Shown here piece by piece: positions 24,501 to 38,613 of a stretch of 64,000 nucleotides of DNA. Positions within the stretch are counted from its first letter, which is position 1; the number at the start of each line of letters is the position of its first letter. The DNA lies in assembly GCF_964204645.1 (NCBI RefSeq), contig NC_134027.1, forward strand, positions 19,616,560 through 19,680,559. The letters run 5' to 3'. The position numbers and the translations under genes were made by a program. The notes beneath the pieces were generated by a model. That model made no database searches, was not told where the DNA came from, and saw nothing but the letters and a program-made list of their open reading frames with translations. The DNA is from Tubulanus polymorphus (Eukaryota; Animalia; Nemertea).

Positions 24501-27500
24501 TAAAACTGATTCCCGTTTAAAAACGGCATGGCTGGTCGTCTTTTCATGATGGCTTGAGAACCGTTTTTCCGTCATTATACGGTACACTTTGCGGGCCATA
24601 CCAGAAACAGATCCGTTTTATAACGGTAGAGATCCGTGTATAGACGTTGGTAAATCCACTCCAAAAGGGTGTGAAATCCTCAATTATGTGATTTTGACCC
24701 CTGTATGTTCATCCTTCTAGGATTCAAACCCACTACTCTAAATAGTTCCTGAAACTTGGCTCACGTCCCGGGGACATGCCAATTACCACCGAACATGTAT
24801 ACAGCGCAGGCAAACATTAAAAAACATTAGAAAATCTATGATAATGGAAATATATTTTCCAGGTGTTTCTACCCATTTAATAAAATACATAAGATCACAT
24901 TTCTCAGTTGCACAATATCTTAATTTAACATTTTGCACAAGTTACTTGTCTCAAGGGTTGGTAAAAAATCTATTTTTTGAACGAGAAAAAAAAATCATTT
25001 GATTACTTTACAAATGATTTTTTGATAGAGAAAAATTGGCTCTTCACAAATTAATCTTTTAAAACAATTATATATGGAAGAAAATGAATTAAAGCTTTGG
25101 ATACATTGATGGGAAACTTAGCACTCCATTATTCAGCTTAAAGCATAAATCAGCACCGACAGTCCATCTGTATCTACTGTTTCATTCAACATCAAATTCA
25201 TTCTTCGAGATGCAATTATTCAGAAACACTTCATTTGATCAAAATGAAGCAGATTAATTTCCTTCATACATGTACACTGTATCAAGTTTTATGGTCTCAT
25301 GTATGCCTTGAAAAATTAGGCTGATAACATAGAAAATATTCAAAGCATTTGGTGCAATAGTACAACTAAATATAAATGATAGATTTGGTAAATAGATGTT
25401 TACTAAGTGGCAAAATACCAAGAATGAAATATATGATTTTATGATAGTTTAGAACCACCATTCTACTAACTTAATGGGCTGAAGGTATTTCATCAGATGA
25501 TGCGCAAGCTAGGCTGCCTTGGATTTAGTTCATCCTCCTAGATCGGAGCATTTGGACAGGTTTTTTTTTACTTATGGATAGTATTTCAAAACCGAAGTGT
25601 CGGTACACGCATCCTCGCCTGCCAGGGGTCCTGTATCGCTCCCGAACCCGCTTCCACCAGCCCCCTCACATCATAACGCGCGATTTCATTACTGGCGCTT
25701 TTGCGCATGATGTCATGTATCAACTTGCGAAATACGTTTTTGTTCGCTAAAACGTTCGCTTATTGGTCCATTTAACTGGATATCCAACAAAAGCCTCATG
25801 TCATTTGATATAAGCGTTGTGATTGGTACGACCGGTTAATTGACGGCCTTCTCCGTTCTCAGACGTTTATAAGCCGCACCTTTACGGGAGAACGGAAATT
25901 TACCGTTTTACTTTTTACAGCTATCGACTAGAACTTACACAAGTTGCTCTAGCTCAATGGTACATGTTTCACATTTCTTCTTTCTACACATTTATTCATT
26001 CAATTTGATTAATCATTCTATGATCGAAACACTCCAATACAAACATCCAAACGAGATCTGATACTGTGACAGAAAACACCATCGGCAGTCGCACACAATC
26101 CTACTTAAGAAAAATTGTATCCACCTTTAAAGTATCCGCCCTGCGAAAGCGGCCTTGTTAAATATCGCATCGTAATATGACCACTGACCTCTCTATATGA
26201 TATCGTCATACTCTATTTCGAAACCGGCGGCATTTATGTATACATGTATATGATACTGATGTTTTTATTGATTTTAGCGACAGAAAAGCTTGAGATATTC
26301 GGAAAGTATATAGTATCATCATTTTGCAATTTCAGATACCTCTTTAAAAGGTCATTCTAATGAGGTATCTGAAATTTTTAAATTCAAAAATTCAAATTCT
26401 AAAAAAAATAGTTAGAGTAAGCGGACACAATTTGCAGGGATGGATATTGTAGGCCTCTTTTAACCGTTTTCTCCGTATCACGGGGTTTCATAATTTCCAA
26501 AAGACATTATGAGATACAGAAACGCACATGTCATGATTATGAATATATATCTTTTCTTCTTAATGTGTCATATTCTCACAAACATGAATGTGGGTGATTC
26601 ATCTAGTTATGTATAAAAATTCTGCATGCCGCTCAGTGGCCGATTTGGGTAAAATTAGCCTTGAATTTCGTTTTTGTTTGCGTCCATAATACGACATTTG
26701 ATTCTAGGCGCATTTCAATTTCCGCGTGTAATCTCAAACTTACACGTTAGCAAACGACGATATCTTTTTTAATTGGATGATCATGACAATATTTCTGTCA
26801 CGGGTGTGGCCCATGTGGTTGCTGTTGCTTTCGCCTTCTTAAGAACTTAAAAACTAGTACAAACCCCTATTGTTCGTTACTCTGACAAGAAAAACGTCGA
26901 CCATTCGTGACTTGTCATATGACGCGACTCTTATTCCAATGTTGATACTTAGAATTCATATACTATATTCGCGACGTTTAATGAAATGATTTTGAGAGAT
27001 GGATTTAGTAACGACAAATGATTTTAACTCATATTTAGTACCCAGGGGCTCAGAAAAGTGTAGCTTTAAGACAGTCCTAAGACCAACCCGTAACCAATCT
27101 AACAACTAACGAAAAAATAAACACTTCTGGGCTTTGTTTCGACTCTGCAACTAGGCCCGATGCTCTAGCCGTTTATACAAGCTGGTATAATTAACGTCCG
27201 TTGATAGAACATTATGGAGGATGTATGAATATAGAAAGTCGGTGGATATCTAGATCTTAAGATTGGTTTGACGTTTATTCACTGCGGCGGTACATGTTTC
27301 TAGTTAATTCCCCAGTGATTTTATTAATTTCTGAATAGAATTTTTATGCGGTGGTAAAATAATGATTTTGTTTCAATATATTCCAGCATTTCGGTGAAAA
27401 TTTCCAGTTTTATTTCCGTTTCAAAGAATGAGAATGCATATGTTGCTAATTTCATTTAGTCATATCGTCAGTGTTTTTATGAATTTCTGAAAAATTAAAA

Positions 27501-28289
27501 AAATTTACCAAACCCTGGCTAAATATGTTTGAATGAGTTAGATGTTTGCTTATAAGTAAGTTGTTGGTGGAGTAATTTGAGAATGAGAATCATTATCTGT
27601 TATTTGATGTTCAATTAACACCAATCTAATTAGTTTTTAGTTGATTTAATTATTTAAGACTAACTTAAGTTTTATGGAGATTTCGAACTTATGTCACAAC
27701 GTGACCAACTGGGCCATGGAATCCCGTTAGTAAAGGTACTTGGATCCAGTTCATGGTACTAGTTGTTTCAACTTTTCTATGAGCTGACTCATATTGAGCT
27801 ATTCATTTGATCCGAATGAACGGATAAGTAGGTGATAAGAGTATATAGAGGTAAACTGTTGCCGATATTACTCCATCGTATAACGTGTTACGTATTCAGA
27901 AAGGCACACACCTGTTAAACACCCACGAGACTGCTAGTGGCGAAACCAATAATTTCATTAATATAAAGCAAAATACTTGAAACAACCGTTAAGAGATGTC
28001 CCACGGGTGAGTGTAATCATATCATGTTTCACTCTGGCATGCTCGTTCCCTCACTACATCATCTGCTTCGATTTGTAAGAGATCTTGATGTCCGTCGATG
28101 ATAAACTGAACGCGCCGAAGTTAACTCAGTGACATGCAAGACCTGGGCTACCTCGCTGGTCAAATCAAGTTCAACAACATACCACACCAACTCTGTTCTC
28201 TATGTCATACCAAAGTCCTTTCTGCAACCTGACGATTAATGTATATAAGGTGTAAATGTAATTGAAATTAAATGTACCGTAGGTGCATG

Positions 28290-28644
<355 letters not shown>

Positions 28645-31600
28645 GCAGTACACATTGGTCAACAAATGACATAAAGTCGACCCGGATTTGAGCTTATAGA
28701 CGCAAGCATTGTCCAAAAGCGAGGGGTTTCGACCCGAGTCTGAACTGTAGATGTTGTGTTTATCTTCCATTGTGAGATGGTCACAGCCAATCGACGAATG
28801 CACTCTACTACGTTTTCACGATGAACGTGCAACGTAGGAAGTCGAAGACAGAAAAACCTATAAATAAATAAAGAAGCCTTTACTTTCTAATGACTATTTT
28901 CTAATGATGGTTCTAAGGGAAAAATGGGTTTTTGACTTGAAAAGTCGATAAAATTCATATTCAATTGAGTGCAACGTGACAAGTATAAAATGTAGTCTTC
29001 AGGGCCTAGTTCCACAGTTCTAGATTTAAAACGAAACATTTGATTTAACGTGACGTTAGATGGAAAAGTTGTTCATAAAGTGCCGTTTATCAGCCACAAT
29101 AGTATCAACCCAACGGACTCGGGTATTTCCCATCATCACACAGCAGTATACTATAGGCTTAGGGCCAAAATACAATCCCGATAACATTGTTTGGCTTCAG
29201 GATTTTGGACACTTTTCAACCATTTAATTTAAACAGATCTTTTAAGATTTAAACCGCCCGAAACTATATCCATCTATAATGAAATGTTCAATTGCAGTTT
29301 TATTCCCATCTTTGAGTGGCACATAAAAGTGGATTTTCAATAAACTGCAACATCTTTGTCAACAACACATCGAGCTTCAATCAAATTTGATTTTCCTCGT
29401 GTAACTTTTTATGATCGTGCAAATGAACTGAATCCCTTATTGGCTGGATTTAATTTTTGATCGTGGCAAACTTTTTAAACGTTATTCAGGATTCTTACTT
29501 ATCGGAGCTACGTATGACTGTTCGCACCGGTAATAGCGCGATTCATTGATATATCGGAGAAAAACAAAATAATATCAAAACAGGGATCTGTACGTTGGTT
29601 ATTGTTTCAACAGAGATATTTTGATTATTCAGATAGATCCAATGAATTGGAAGCAGTGTGAAGCAATATATATTCATGAATTTCAATCCTTCAAATTTCG
29701 ACAATCACTGTGTATTGACAAGGGCCTACAGTTACGTAACAATAAGATGTACCTCAAGAGTTGGAACGTACATCATATAAAGTTCATTTGACACATTAAA
29801 ATAACAGAAAAGCTTTGCAGTGAATAATAGTATACAATATATTACTTTACACTGGCGTTCATGGACAACACCCATATGGTACTGGCCTATCCCCCTGGCA
29901 AGCAGCTAGAATAATTGCTCTATAGCTAATTGAAATCACCGATAAAAGGCCTACTATTTCGACATGGGTAGTTCATTGGCCAACTCTATCATTGATAATG
30001 CAGAGATACGTGTATAACATGCGTTTCACATGGTTGATTTTGTGCTCTCGGGGAAGCCGAGATGAACAGTTTTCAATTTTAATGGCTGAATATTTTTTGT
30101 TAACTTTACAACCCACTGATGTAAATTAACAACATATATAATATAGAGTACGTAGGTTTTACTGGTGTCGTATATAATTCATGAAATTCTACTGACGCAT
30201 TCAACTGAGTTCACTTCATGAGTATGAAACTATAACTGAAACTAATCACGATGAAAAATCTATAAATAAACTCAATTTATAAAACGACAGATGTGAACCG
30301 CAAGTTCAGCAAACCGAGCTCTTCATTTCAAAACGTTCATTAAATGTATCTTATATCTGTCTAACGTATCATTCCCGAAACACAATGTACTTATTGTATA
30401 TAATCCATTCATTCAATTGCGTTGAGGGCAAATTCAATCGACACAAAGGAACTACTCCTTCAGACCCCAATCATCAGATCCCAACCGAGAACACCGGGAA
30501 ATCAAATAATCGCAAAACAGTTTTACGAAAAGATAAAAGTTTAATGTTTCAATTTTGATTCCGTCGCATTTAAGCTACTGGATAAAAGGAGTTAGGGGTA
30601 AAAGCAGTAGCTAAGTCTAATTTGAAAAATATATTAACTTCGGATGGCCAAGTGCTAGATATATATATTTCAAGGACCGAGCTTTTTCCTTAATTTTGAT
30701 ACGTTTTAAAGAGCAACGCAACGCCATGCCAGTTTTCGAACTAATTGGAATTCAAATACGTACGTGTATGTGAAACATAAGCTTTACAAGCAGGCTCATA
30801 GTTTTTAGTTATTCCCGTTTACTACACTTATCTATTTAACGTACGCATGATAGGTTCTAGTATTTTCGTGTTATTCTGATTTCGATCTAATTTGATGGAT
30901 ATGCGCTAGACGGAAACCTCGCAGTATACACAGCTACAGTGGAAATAATATAATATTATTGGCATCGACATTCGTTTCAATTAGCTACAATCACTACTCT
31001 TTCTACTGTCACTTAAAATCTGCATTTATACCTCAGAAAATCTAGATTATACTCGACGTACACTGACTCAGTGGTGCCTCGGTTTGCTGTATAGTAGCCA
31101 TCTTTATATGATTATTGTACCTACGTACACAAGATTAGGTTTTTCTGATATAAGAACACATGATGAAAATCTTTTCACGTAAAATCTTATCGTTATCTTA
31201 TCCAAATGCTCGAATCCGTGTGCAAGGCAAGATATGGTATGGAATTTCAATTAATATATACCTTAATCTAACTCCTTTTTCTTGTTCGGTTATAACTGGT
31301 AAGGAAAAAACCTGATCATCAAAAAGTATTTAACAAAAATATCATTTTCGCACTGAATATCGTCTGCCGGAAACTAGTCGACCTTGACATGGCCGGGAAA
31401 TTATACTCGCGGTATTTTCTACTACACAGTTATTTCAGTAATTCTGATATGTGATAAGCGCAATGATTTATTTATGATGGATGATAAGTAATAAACAATG
31501 ATAATAGCGGGTAATTAGATTAAGCTTTGTTTTGACCACGTGGTCTGAATGTTTATAGATTGTTAACTGTTAAAAATATTCAAATACTTGTCCTAGAATT

Positions 31601-33849
31601 TAGGGTATCTGATCCTAGTAACAAAATACGAGTGCCTTGAAAAACATGTTAGTTAAATATTTCCCAAGAACTCACAGTATTTCCTTTTCATCGAGCATAA
31701 TCATTTCGACCAAAACTGTCACACGAGCGTTTTTCGCACGGGCCAAATTTGGCCCGACCAAAAATGTCGGACCAGACCCGAGCCAGTAGCACGGGACAAA
31801 TGATTGCGTTTGTTAGGCTAATTATCTCATTCGTTGATACATGTATCAAAGTACTTAATAAGAGCACTATGACTGTGAATATGTGAATATTCTCTATTAT
31901 TTCGTGTTTACTATGCCTTCCGTTCTCTTTCTCTCGTCCGAATTTTACATAATCCAAATTATTTATTCTAAAACGGCAAGTTTTGATGTTTTATTTTTTT
32001 CAATTCTTCGCAGAAATAAGGTGAAACGAATAACAAATTTATTTTCTTTCGTTTGCCTCGGTAGAATTCTCGATAATTGTCAATTCTCCAAATTCAACTT
32101 TGAAACACGCGAGTACTTCCGTCGAGTTGAAAACATCTTATTGAATTGAACATCCATGATAGATGATAGAATTAGGAATTTATAATTTCCCTAGTGCTTG
32201 AATGGGTAGGCGATTTGTCCTCAGTTGGGTTTCGAATTACTGCGCTTATTTTACATAAATAATGTAAAAGATCGCGTTTAGTTTGTGATTTGCAAGTTTT
32301 TTATCGCGACAACCAAATCTAATCATGATTTCATTAATCCTGGGATTATCTTACTCTCGATTCATCCTACGAGTTCAATGAAAATCTTGAGTAATACGAG
32401 GTCTACGTTCGGCTAAGCTGTGTTCTTATCCACTGGGCATTAAACCCACGAAAAAAAAAACTATTGCTATAAGCTGAAAGAAATAAATAGCACCGCGTCT
32501 GGTTGGAATTATTCATTAATTCAGTTTAAAAATTTGTAGGCTACGTATATTTCATATTTCATGTCAACAAACTGGCAGACGTGTGGTTTTTGAATGGTTA
32601 ACGTTAAAGCTAACATTTCTCTGATTCAATCATTTTAATGATCCACTAGTTTCTAAAGAGCTGGTTAAAGCTAAACGTCGGATAAATGTACCACAGTGGC
32701 AATGAAAACTGCCATTGGCATTTATCTGATGGTTACCTTTAACCATACCTTTTATGCATGTCCCTCCAATTTTGTCATTGAGTCTACCATAATGCATAGT
32801 CAACCTCTACTTGTTCATGCATCATGCAACACAAATTTAATTAAAGAATCTATAACATATATGACCCCTCCAAAATAACATCCTGGCCTTTTCATAATTT
32901 GTCACTCAAAAATGTTGTCAGGAGCGGATCCAGGGTCCACATAAGAAATTTGGCCCAAGTTTCGCTGCAATTTCGTTGTTCACATACACATGATTTTTTA
33001 GATCTTCTAGGATTGGTTAAACAGCTCATGTCACATCATCGATTTTGTCCAAATTAAGTTACTTTGGCACAGACGAGAACAAACAGCCCTCTCTGGAACA
33101 GATGAAGCCATCTGCCACATCAGGACAAAGGGGGCTGGGTTCGGTAAAAATAGAATGGTCACTACCAAAATAGCATTCATTCATTCAGCATTCATTTACT
33201 ATTTTCACTCACTCTGAGAGAGGCATTGGTCGTCATCCTACTCATCGGACGGAGCACAGCGAAAGATTTTCAGACAATAAATTATAGGAACACAGAAGAA
33301 GTTTTGTCGAAATCCATTCCCGAGGAAGGAACCACAGATTTCGATCTCGAGGAAAAGGACAACGTTTCATCAGTTGTTCAATCTTGATTAAAAATGATCG
33401 TTCTTCAGAAAATATTCAGTCCGGAACAACCCAGTGTGTCCGGGTCTGTCGGCGATCAAATCGGTTATAAAATCGCCGGCGACTGAGTTGACCGACGAAA
33501 TCACCCAGTGTGTCTGAGGGTTTACATCCACAATTATTGGTCATTTTTTGACCTCCAAGGATGCCGACCGCCCTAAAAATCGATGCCAACAGTGGAGAAT
33601 GATTTTTTTATGTGTAAACTGTACGCTCGACAAAAAGAGATGCAAGAGATACAATGATTACGTAGCTGGGTTGATTACTAGTAAGACTACAAAGCAGGCA
33701 CTTGTTATATGTCTAAGTGTGCGGAACTAGCTGATAAGTTTAGAAATGAAATAATAGTATTGAGGATCGACTGATGGTGTATTCACACGACTCCGAGAGG
33801 GCTTGCTGTGTCCAACACGAGTTGTTGATAGGTAAAACAAAAATAAATA

Positions 33850-34050
33850 CTGTCAAACCTGATATACCGCCAACATCGGTGCAAAACAATGTTTAAAGGA
33901 ATTAATTATTAATGCTTTAAATTATGAAAGACAGAATAAATAACAGCTGTTTTAAAGTTTCATGTGTTTGTCGCACCCATAACCTACCGCCACTCGCTAT
34001 AACGGCAAAACCGTTCTGCTCCGATGTGGGCGTTATATCGGGGTTGACTG
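33850..34050. mobile_element. Degenerate Tc1/mariner-type MITE
   Basis: Imperfect ~38-bp TIRs: CTGTCAAACCTGATATACCGCCAACATCGG vs reverse complement CAGTCAACCCCGATATAACGCCCACATCGG; TA on the left. Confidence 0.55.
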
Positions 34051-36362
34051 CATTTATTGTTTCTTCTATAGATTATTGGCTACGTAAGCCTACTTATTCT
34101 AAAAAGGCGTAATTCAAAATTTTCGAAGGCAGTGAATCGGAGGTGTTTTAAAATGCATTTGTATTGAGCTGTACTACAGAAAATGTGTTGGCGGTGGCGG
34201 AAAGCGGGGGGTGGGGGGACATTACTTCGGGGTTTTTTCAACAGATTTCAAGTCAAATGTTCCGTACATTGAGAAAACCGAGTGGTGGCGGTATATGGGA
34301 GGGGGTAGATCGGGGGTTGTCTGTATGTCGTGTTTGTTTGCACATGTACATAAAATTTCGGCCTCAGACAGTCCTACGGAGTTTGCATCGCAAAGAGATG
34401 TGTAAACAAGTAAACTAACTTGAGAGTTTATTGAGGCCGTGAAAAATAACACACACAAAATGCCTGTGATATGTACGTGAGGAAATAGCCTACTATAATT
34501 AATTGACTATGGATTTAATCCATAGTCTGGGTGTTAAAGGGAAATATGGGGGAGGCAGCAGAGAGCGCCGCTACCAAATTTGGCACGTGTCTATAAAGAG
34601 TTGTTCACACGTATGTAAATCACTCACTCGATACTAGACCATGCCGAGGAAGCGAAGTGAGTCATTTCCTCATCTATAGATATACTGCAATTTACACGCA
34701 TAATAATCTGACCTGTGCTAAAATTTGGCTCTCGGGTTTGCTCCGACGTTTTTGGCCCATTTGGCACACGTGATCGGTTGGCCCGTGGGCCTCATTTAAT
34801 GACGTACAAATATAGATTTTGATTCCACATTTGGATTGACAGGCCGTTGGCTTATGTTTTTCCACAGTATATTGGCTTAAGTTATTATTCCAGGAGTATG
34901 TCTCCCCTCAAGCTTTGTGCTAAAGATCTATTTTGTCGTAATTCCATTTGATAGGCACAAGTCTAAATAGCTTAGTTTATTTCTTCAAAAGAAGCCGAAA
35001 CTATGAAAATACATCAATCATGTATTATTTAGTATCAGAGAATACTGGACCCACTTTCAGCGATTTCGGTCAACTTTTCCAGTATACACATGTACAAGTA
35101 GATAAGATTTGCTATAAACCTAAGTATGGCTGGTTGTGTAATTGACACTCTTGGTTGTGCATTGTTTTTTTTCACGAAAAGGATATCAGCTTGAAGTTTT
35201 TTTTGTATGTATGTTTATTGAATTTTTTTTATTGTTATACTTACAATTTAGTTTTTACACCTTCATTTACCTTTCGGTGTTTACATCTAGGCCTATGCCA
35301 AAATTTACAGGGGTTTTACCTCAAGCTTGAATTGGCAACATGATGAAGTTATATATTCACGATGTCAGTAACGATCATATTTGGAATCCGGAACCTGGCA
35401 GTTGTTACCGGTATTCCTAAGTTACTCGATTCGAAGTTATATCGAATACATATTTTCATGTAGGCCTACAGCATACTAATGAAAAGTCAGCTTTGTTCTT
35501 GTTGTTGGATTTGTCGATCATGGGTATATCCAAAAATCCAAGAATCACCGGCAAATATCTGCATTTCATTTCCTTTAAGATGGTGTATAAATTAAGTTCG
35601 TCGAGCAAGGGACTGCAGAACTGTGATATTCAATCTTAATTTATGTTTTGAAAATGAGCGCAAATTATCGCAACAATGGGAAGGACCTCGCGGGACCGCC
35701 ACAAAATGGCGGCTAGAAAATGGAAACTTCTTTAATAAAGAATGGATCACTGAATATCAGATTAAACCGAGTTACGCAAGACATAAGATTTACACCTCTT
35801 TCCAGGAACAAATCGTGACATTTGTAAACTTATTTAGAATCTTGTATACCCTTTCACCTGGACACAACATAACACAGGCTACAAGATTTTGAACGAGTTA
35901 CCAAAATGTCGCAATTTGTTACTGGGTGGTGGTGGTAGGCTATCAAATCAATATCTTGCGTAAATTAGTCTATACATAGGGAATTGCATATCTATGAAAA
36001 TACAATTTTTTACACACGAAACGACTATTCTTTGACATTGCTCGCACTTACCTATAGCTCAGTTGTATTGTAAAAACCGACAGCTAATTTACAGGTTACA
36101 TTTTCCAATCACTTATTTTTGGGACACGTGTTAGGCAGTTTGCTTGAATAGGGCCCCGTTAATATATGTTCAACAAAAAATTGGTTTTCCAAATTTTTCA
36201 GCGTTGAATCCTTTTAAAAAATTCATGCAGTGGTAACAAATTGCATCGTAAGGATTTCAAATCAAGTCACTTTGTAATAACATTTAAAGGTTGCCCGGAG
36301 TAATTCAATTTTCTAATATCTAACGTGGAGAAGACTTTGATGTTTCTTTTCTTATTTTGCAG

Positions 36363-36830
36363 GATAATTCCGGGCGGTGATGCTGCACCTTGACGCTGTT
36401 ACACGCATCACTCATTCACTGCCTAATGTGAACATCAACTGTTCGACTGCCGAACAATACTAAACCCGTGAGAGCAACCAGCGCCATCACAGGTCCTCAC
36501 CGCATACCTTGATTACCTGGTTTGAATACAACGGTCAACTCTGACGACGTCGCAACAGACGAACTTCACTGTGATTTTCACTTCCTAACAACGACGAAGA
36601 CATTAAGTCTCAAACTATGCTAAAACACACGACGAATACTTTTTTCCGAAAAAAAAGAATTCAGTTGAAAATCGCGTTTATCAGTTTATTCTGTCAAATG
36701 TGAAGTGATTTTCTACTAATAACTAGGTTAACGAGGTATCAAGCAAACCGCCTGGTGTGCTGTCCAGTCCGGAATAATCTGCGTTGTACGTAATTTATCT
36801 GAATGAATAAATGAATATATATTATTTCAT
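36363..36830 (+). other. Candidate non-coding terminal (3' UTR) exon, possibly of the EGF-like peptide gene
   Basis: Strong acceptor TTTCTTTTCTTATTTTGCAG (AG 36361-36362), upstream CTAAC branch-like site, and AATAAA at 36806-36811. Confidence 0.4.
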
Positions 36831-36989
36831 TTATCCTTTTTCCTGCTGCCACGATAAATTGTATATAAAAAGACGAAGTCCTAGTCCATAAAGGAGCATC
36901 CCGAAATTTCAAAGGTTCCGTCAATTAGAATAACCGTCTAATTGGTTTAACCCCACCCCCTTTGATTAGACACATGCCAAATTTGGAAC

Positions 36990-37284
36990 TGTTGATTTTC
37001 TAGTGAGAGACCACAGACAAAGATAAGATATTTTCACGAGTGTATTTCGATCACAACTTTTAATTGAAAAATGAATTAGCAAAATTACAACTGGAAAACC
37101 TATAAAAACCTATAAAACCTCGGAAGACTGCCATCTACATAACACCAACGAACATATATAGGAAACAACAATTGAAGAATACAAAGGAGATCAAAGCTTA
37201 CAATATTCACAATGAACACAATGAAATAGTGAAATAGGAATTTGAAAACCAGTGATGCTAGACAAACCTCGAAAATACGTAACA
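36990..37284 (-). repeat. Putative 3' LTR of the Gypsy element
   Basis: Starts TGTTA immediately after the PPT and contains ATTAAA. The end at TCAACA (36990) is a best guess because no second LTR is present for comparison. Confidence 0.55.
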
Positions 37285-37876
37285 CCCCCCTTCTTAAAGA
37301 AGTGATCATAAAGAAGTAGTTATTTACAATTACCATTATCAATTTGCGCTCTAGACAACGCATCCGCCACAACATTATTACAACCACGTACATGTAATAT
37401 ATGGAGATCATACTCCTGTAAGGTTAAACACCATCTCATCAACCTTTTGTTCTTATTCTTCATACTATTTACAAAAGTTAACGGATTGTGATCAGTATAG
37501 ACAACCACCGGAAAAAGACACATAGTAGTATATACATTAAAATGTTCTAAAGCAAGTATCAAGGCTAAACATTCCTTCTCAATAGTTGAGTAATTTTGCT
37601 GTGAAACATCACATTTTTTTTAGAAGGAACAAATTGGATGGTCTATACCACAATCGTCAGCTTGAATTAATACAGCACCTGCACCAATGTCACAGGCGTC
37701 GATCATTAGAATTGCCTACCAAAATCCGGCGCAATAAGCACTGGTTTACTACTCAATCTGTTTACGTTCAAGAATGCCTCATCGCGCTGATGGGTCCACT
37801 CAAATTTAACATTCTTCTTCAACAAATCAGGCAATACCGATGTGACCTTGGCAAAGTTCACACAGAATTATCTATA

Positions 37877-38613
37877 GCCGCGTTCACGTAACAACTAGTA
37901 AGACCGGTCTAAATGGGTCCGTCCCTGGTCCGGTCCAAATTTATACCGGACCAAATTTTGGTGAGCGTTCACACGGCGTTTTGAAACGCGGTGATAAAAT
38001 CGCTTGTCACCGGGCCCACAAGATGTCGCCATCTGCTAAATAATTAATTGCGCCTTGGATGAAGTCATGCTTCCAGATTCGAAGTATAGCGGGACATTCT
38101 TCATTTGACCTATTCGATCCTCTGTCAGGTTTAGACATTTTTGCGAATTCGATTTTATTCTATCACGCTGAAGTGTCGTTTAAACACGGTTCAAAGCACG
38201 GTAGTAAAACGGATGATGATCGCGATATACGAATACGAATTACGCTCCAAACATTTCCATAGTAAAGGGAAGAAAAACAGTTCTTAAGAATAATAAACGG
38301 TAATAAAAGCATTTAAAACTTAATAAACTGGACTCACCCTCTGGCGCAGAGGTCGCGACATCTATACCGCAGTGATTCAGAATTACGATTTAGACCGGAC
38401 CTGGTACCAGTTTCTGTCCACACACACATATTTAGACCGGTCCAAAATTTGGTCCGGACCTGGTTCGCTCTTTTAGACCGTGCCAGATTAGACCGGTCTA
38501 AACTAGACCGGTCTAATTTGGAACTGTATTTTTGCCCGTGTGAACGCTTGGTCCGGTCTAAATTGGACCGGATCAAATTCAGACCGGTCTCAATTTCGTC
38601 GTGTGAACGCGCC
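37877..38613. mobile_element. MITE (Harbinger-like) inserted in the Gypsy pol gene
   Basis: TIRs G(C/G)CGCGTTCAC with TA-rich flanks and many internal AGACCGGTCT/GGACCGG sub-repeats; it interrupts the GMAGYYR-FC motif. Confidence 0.75.
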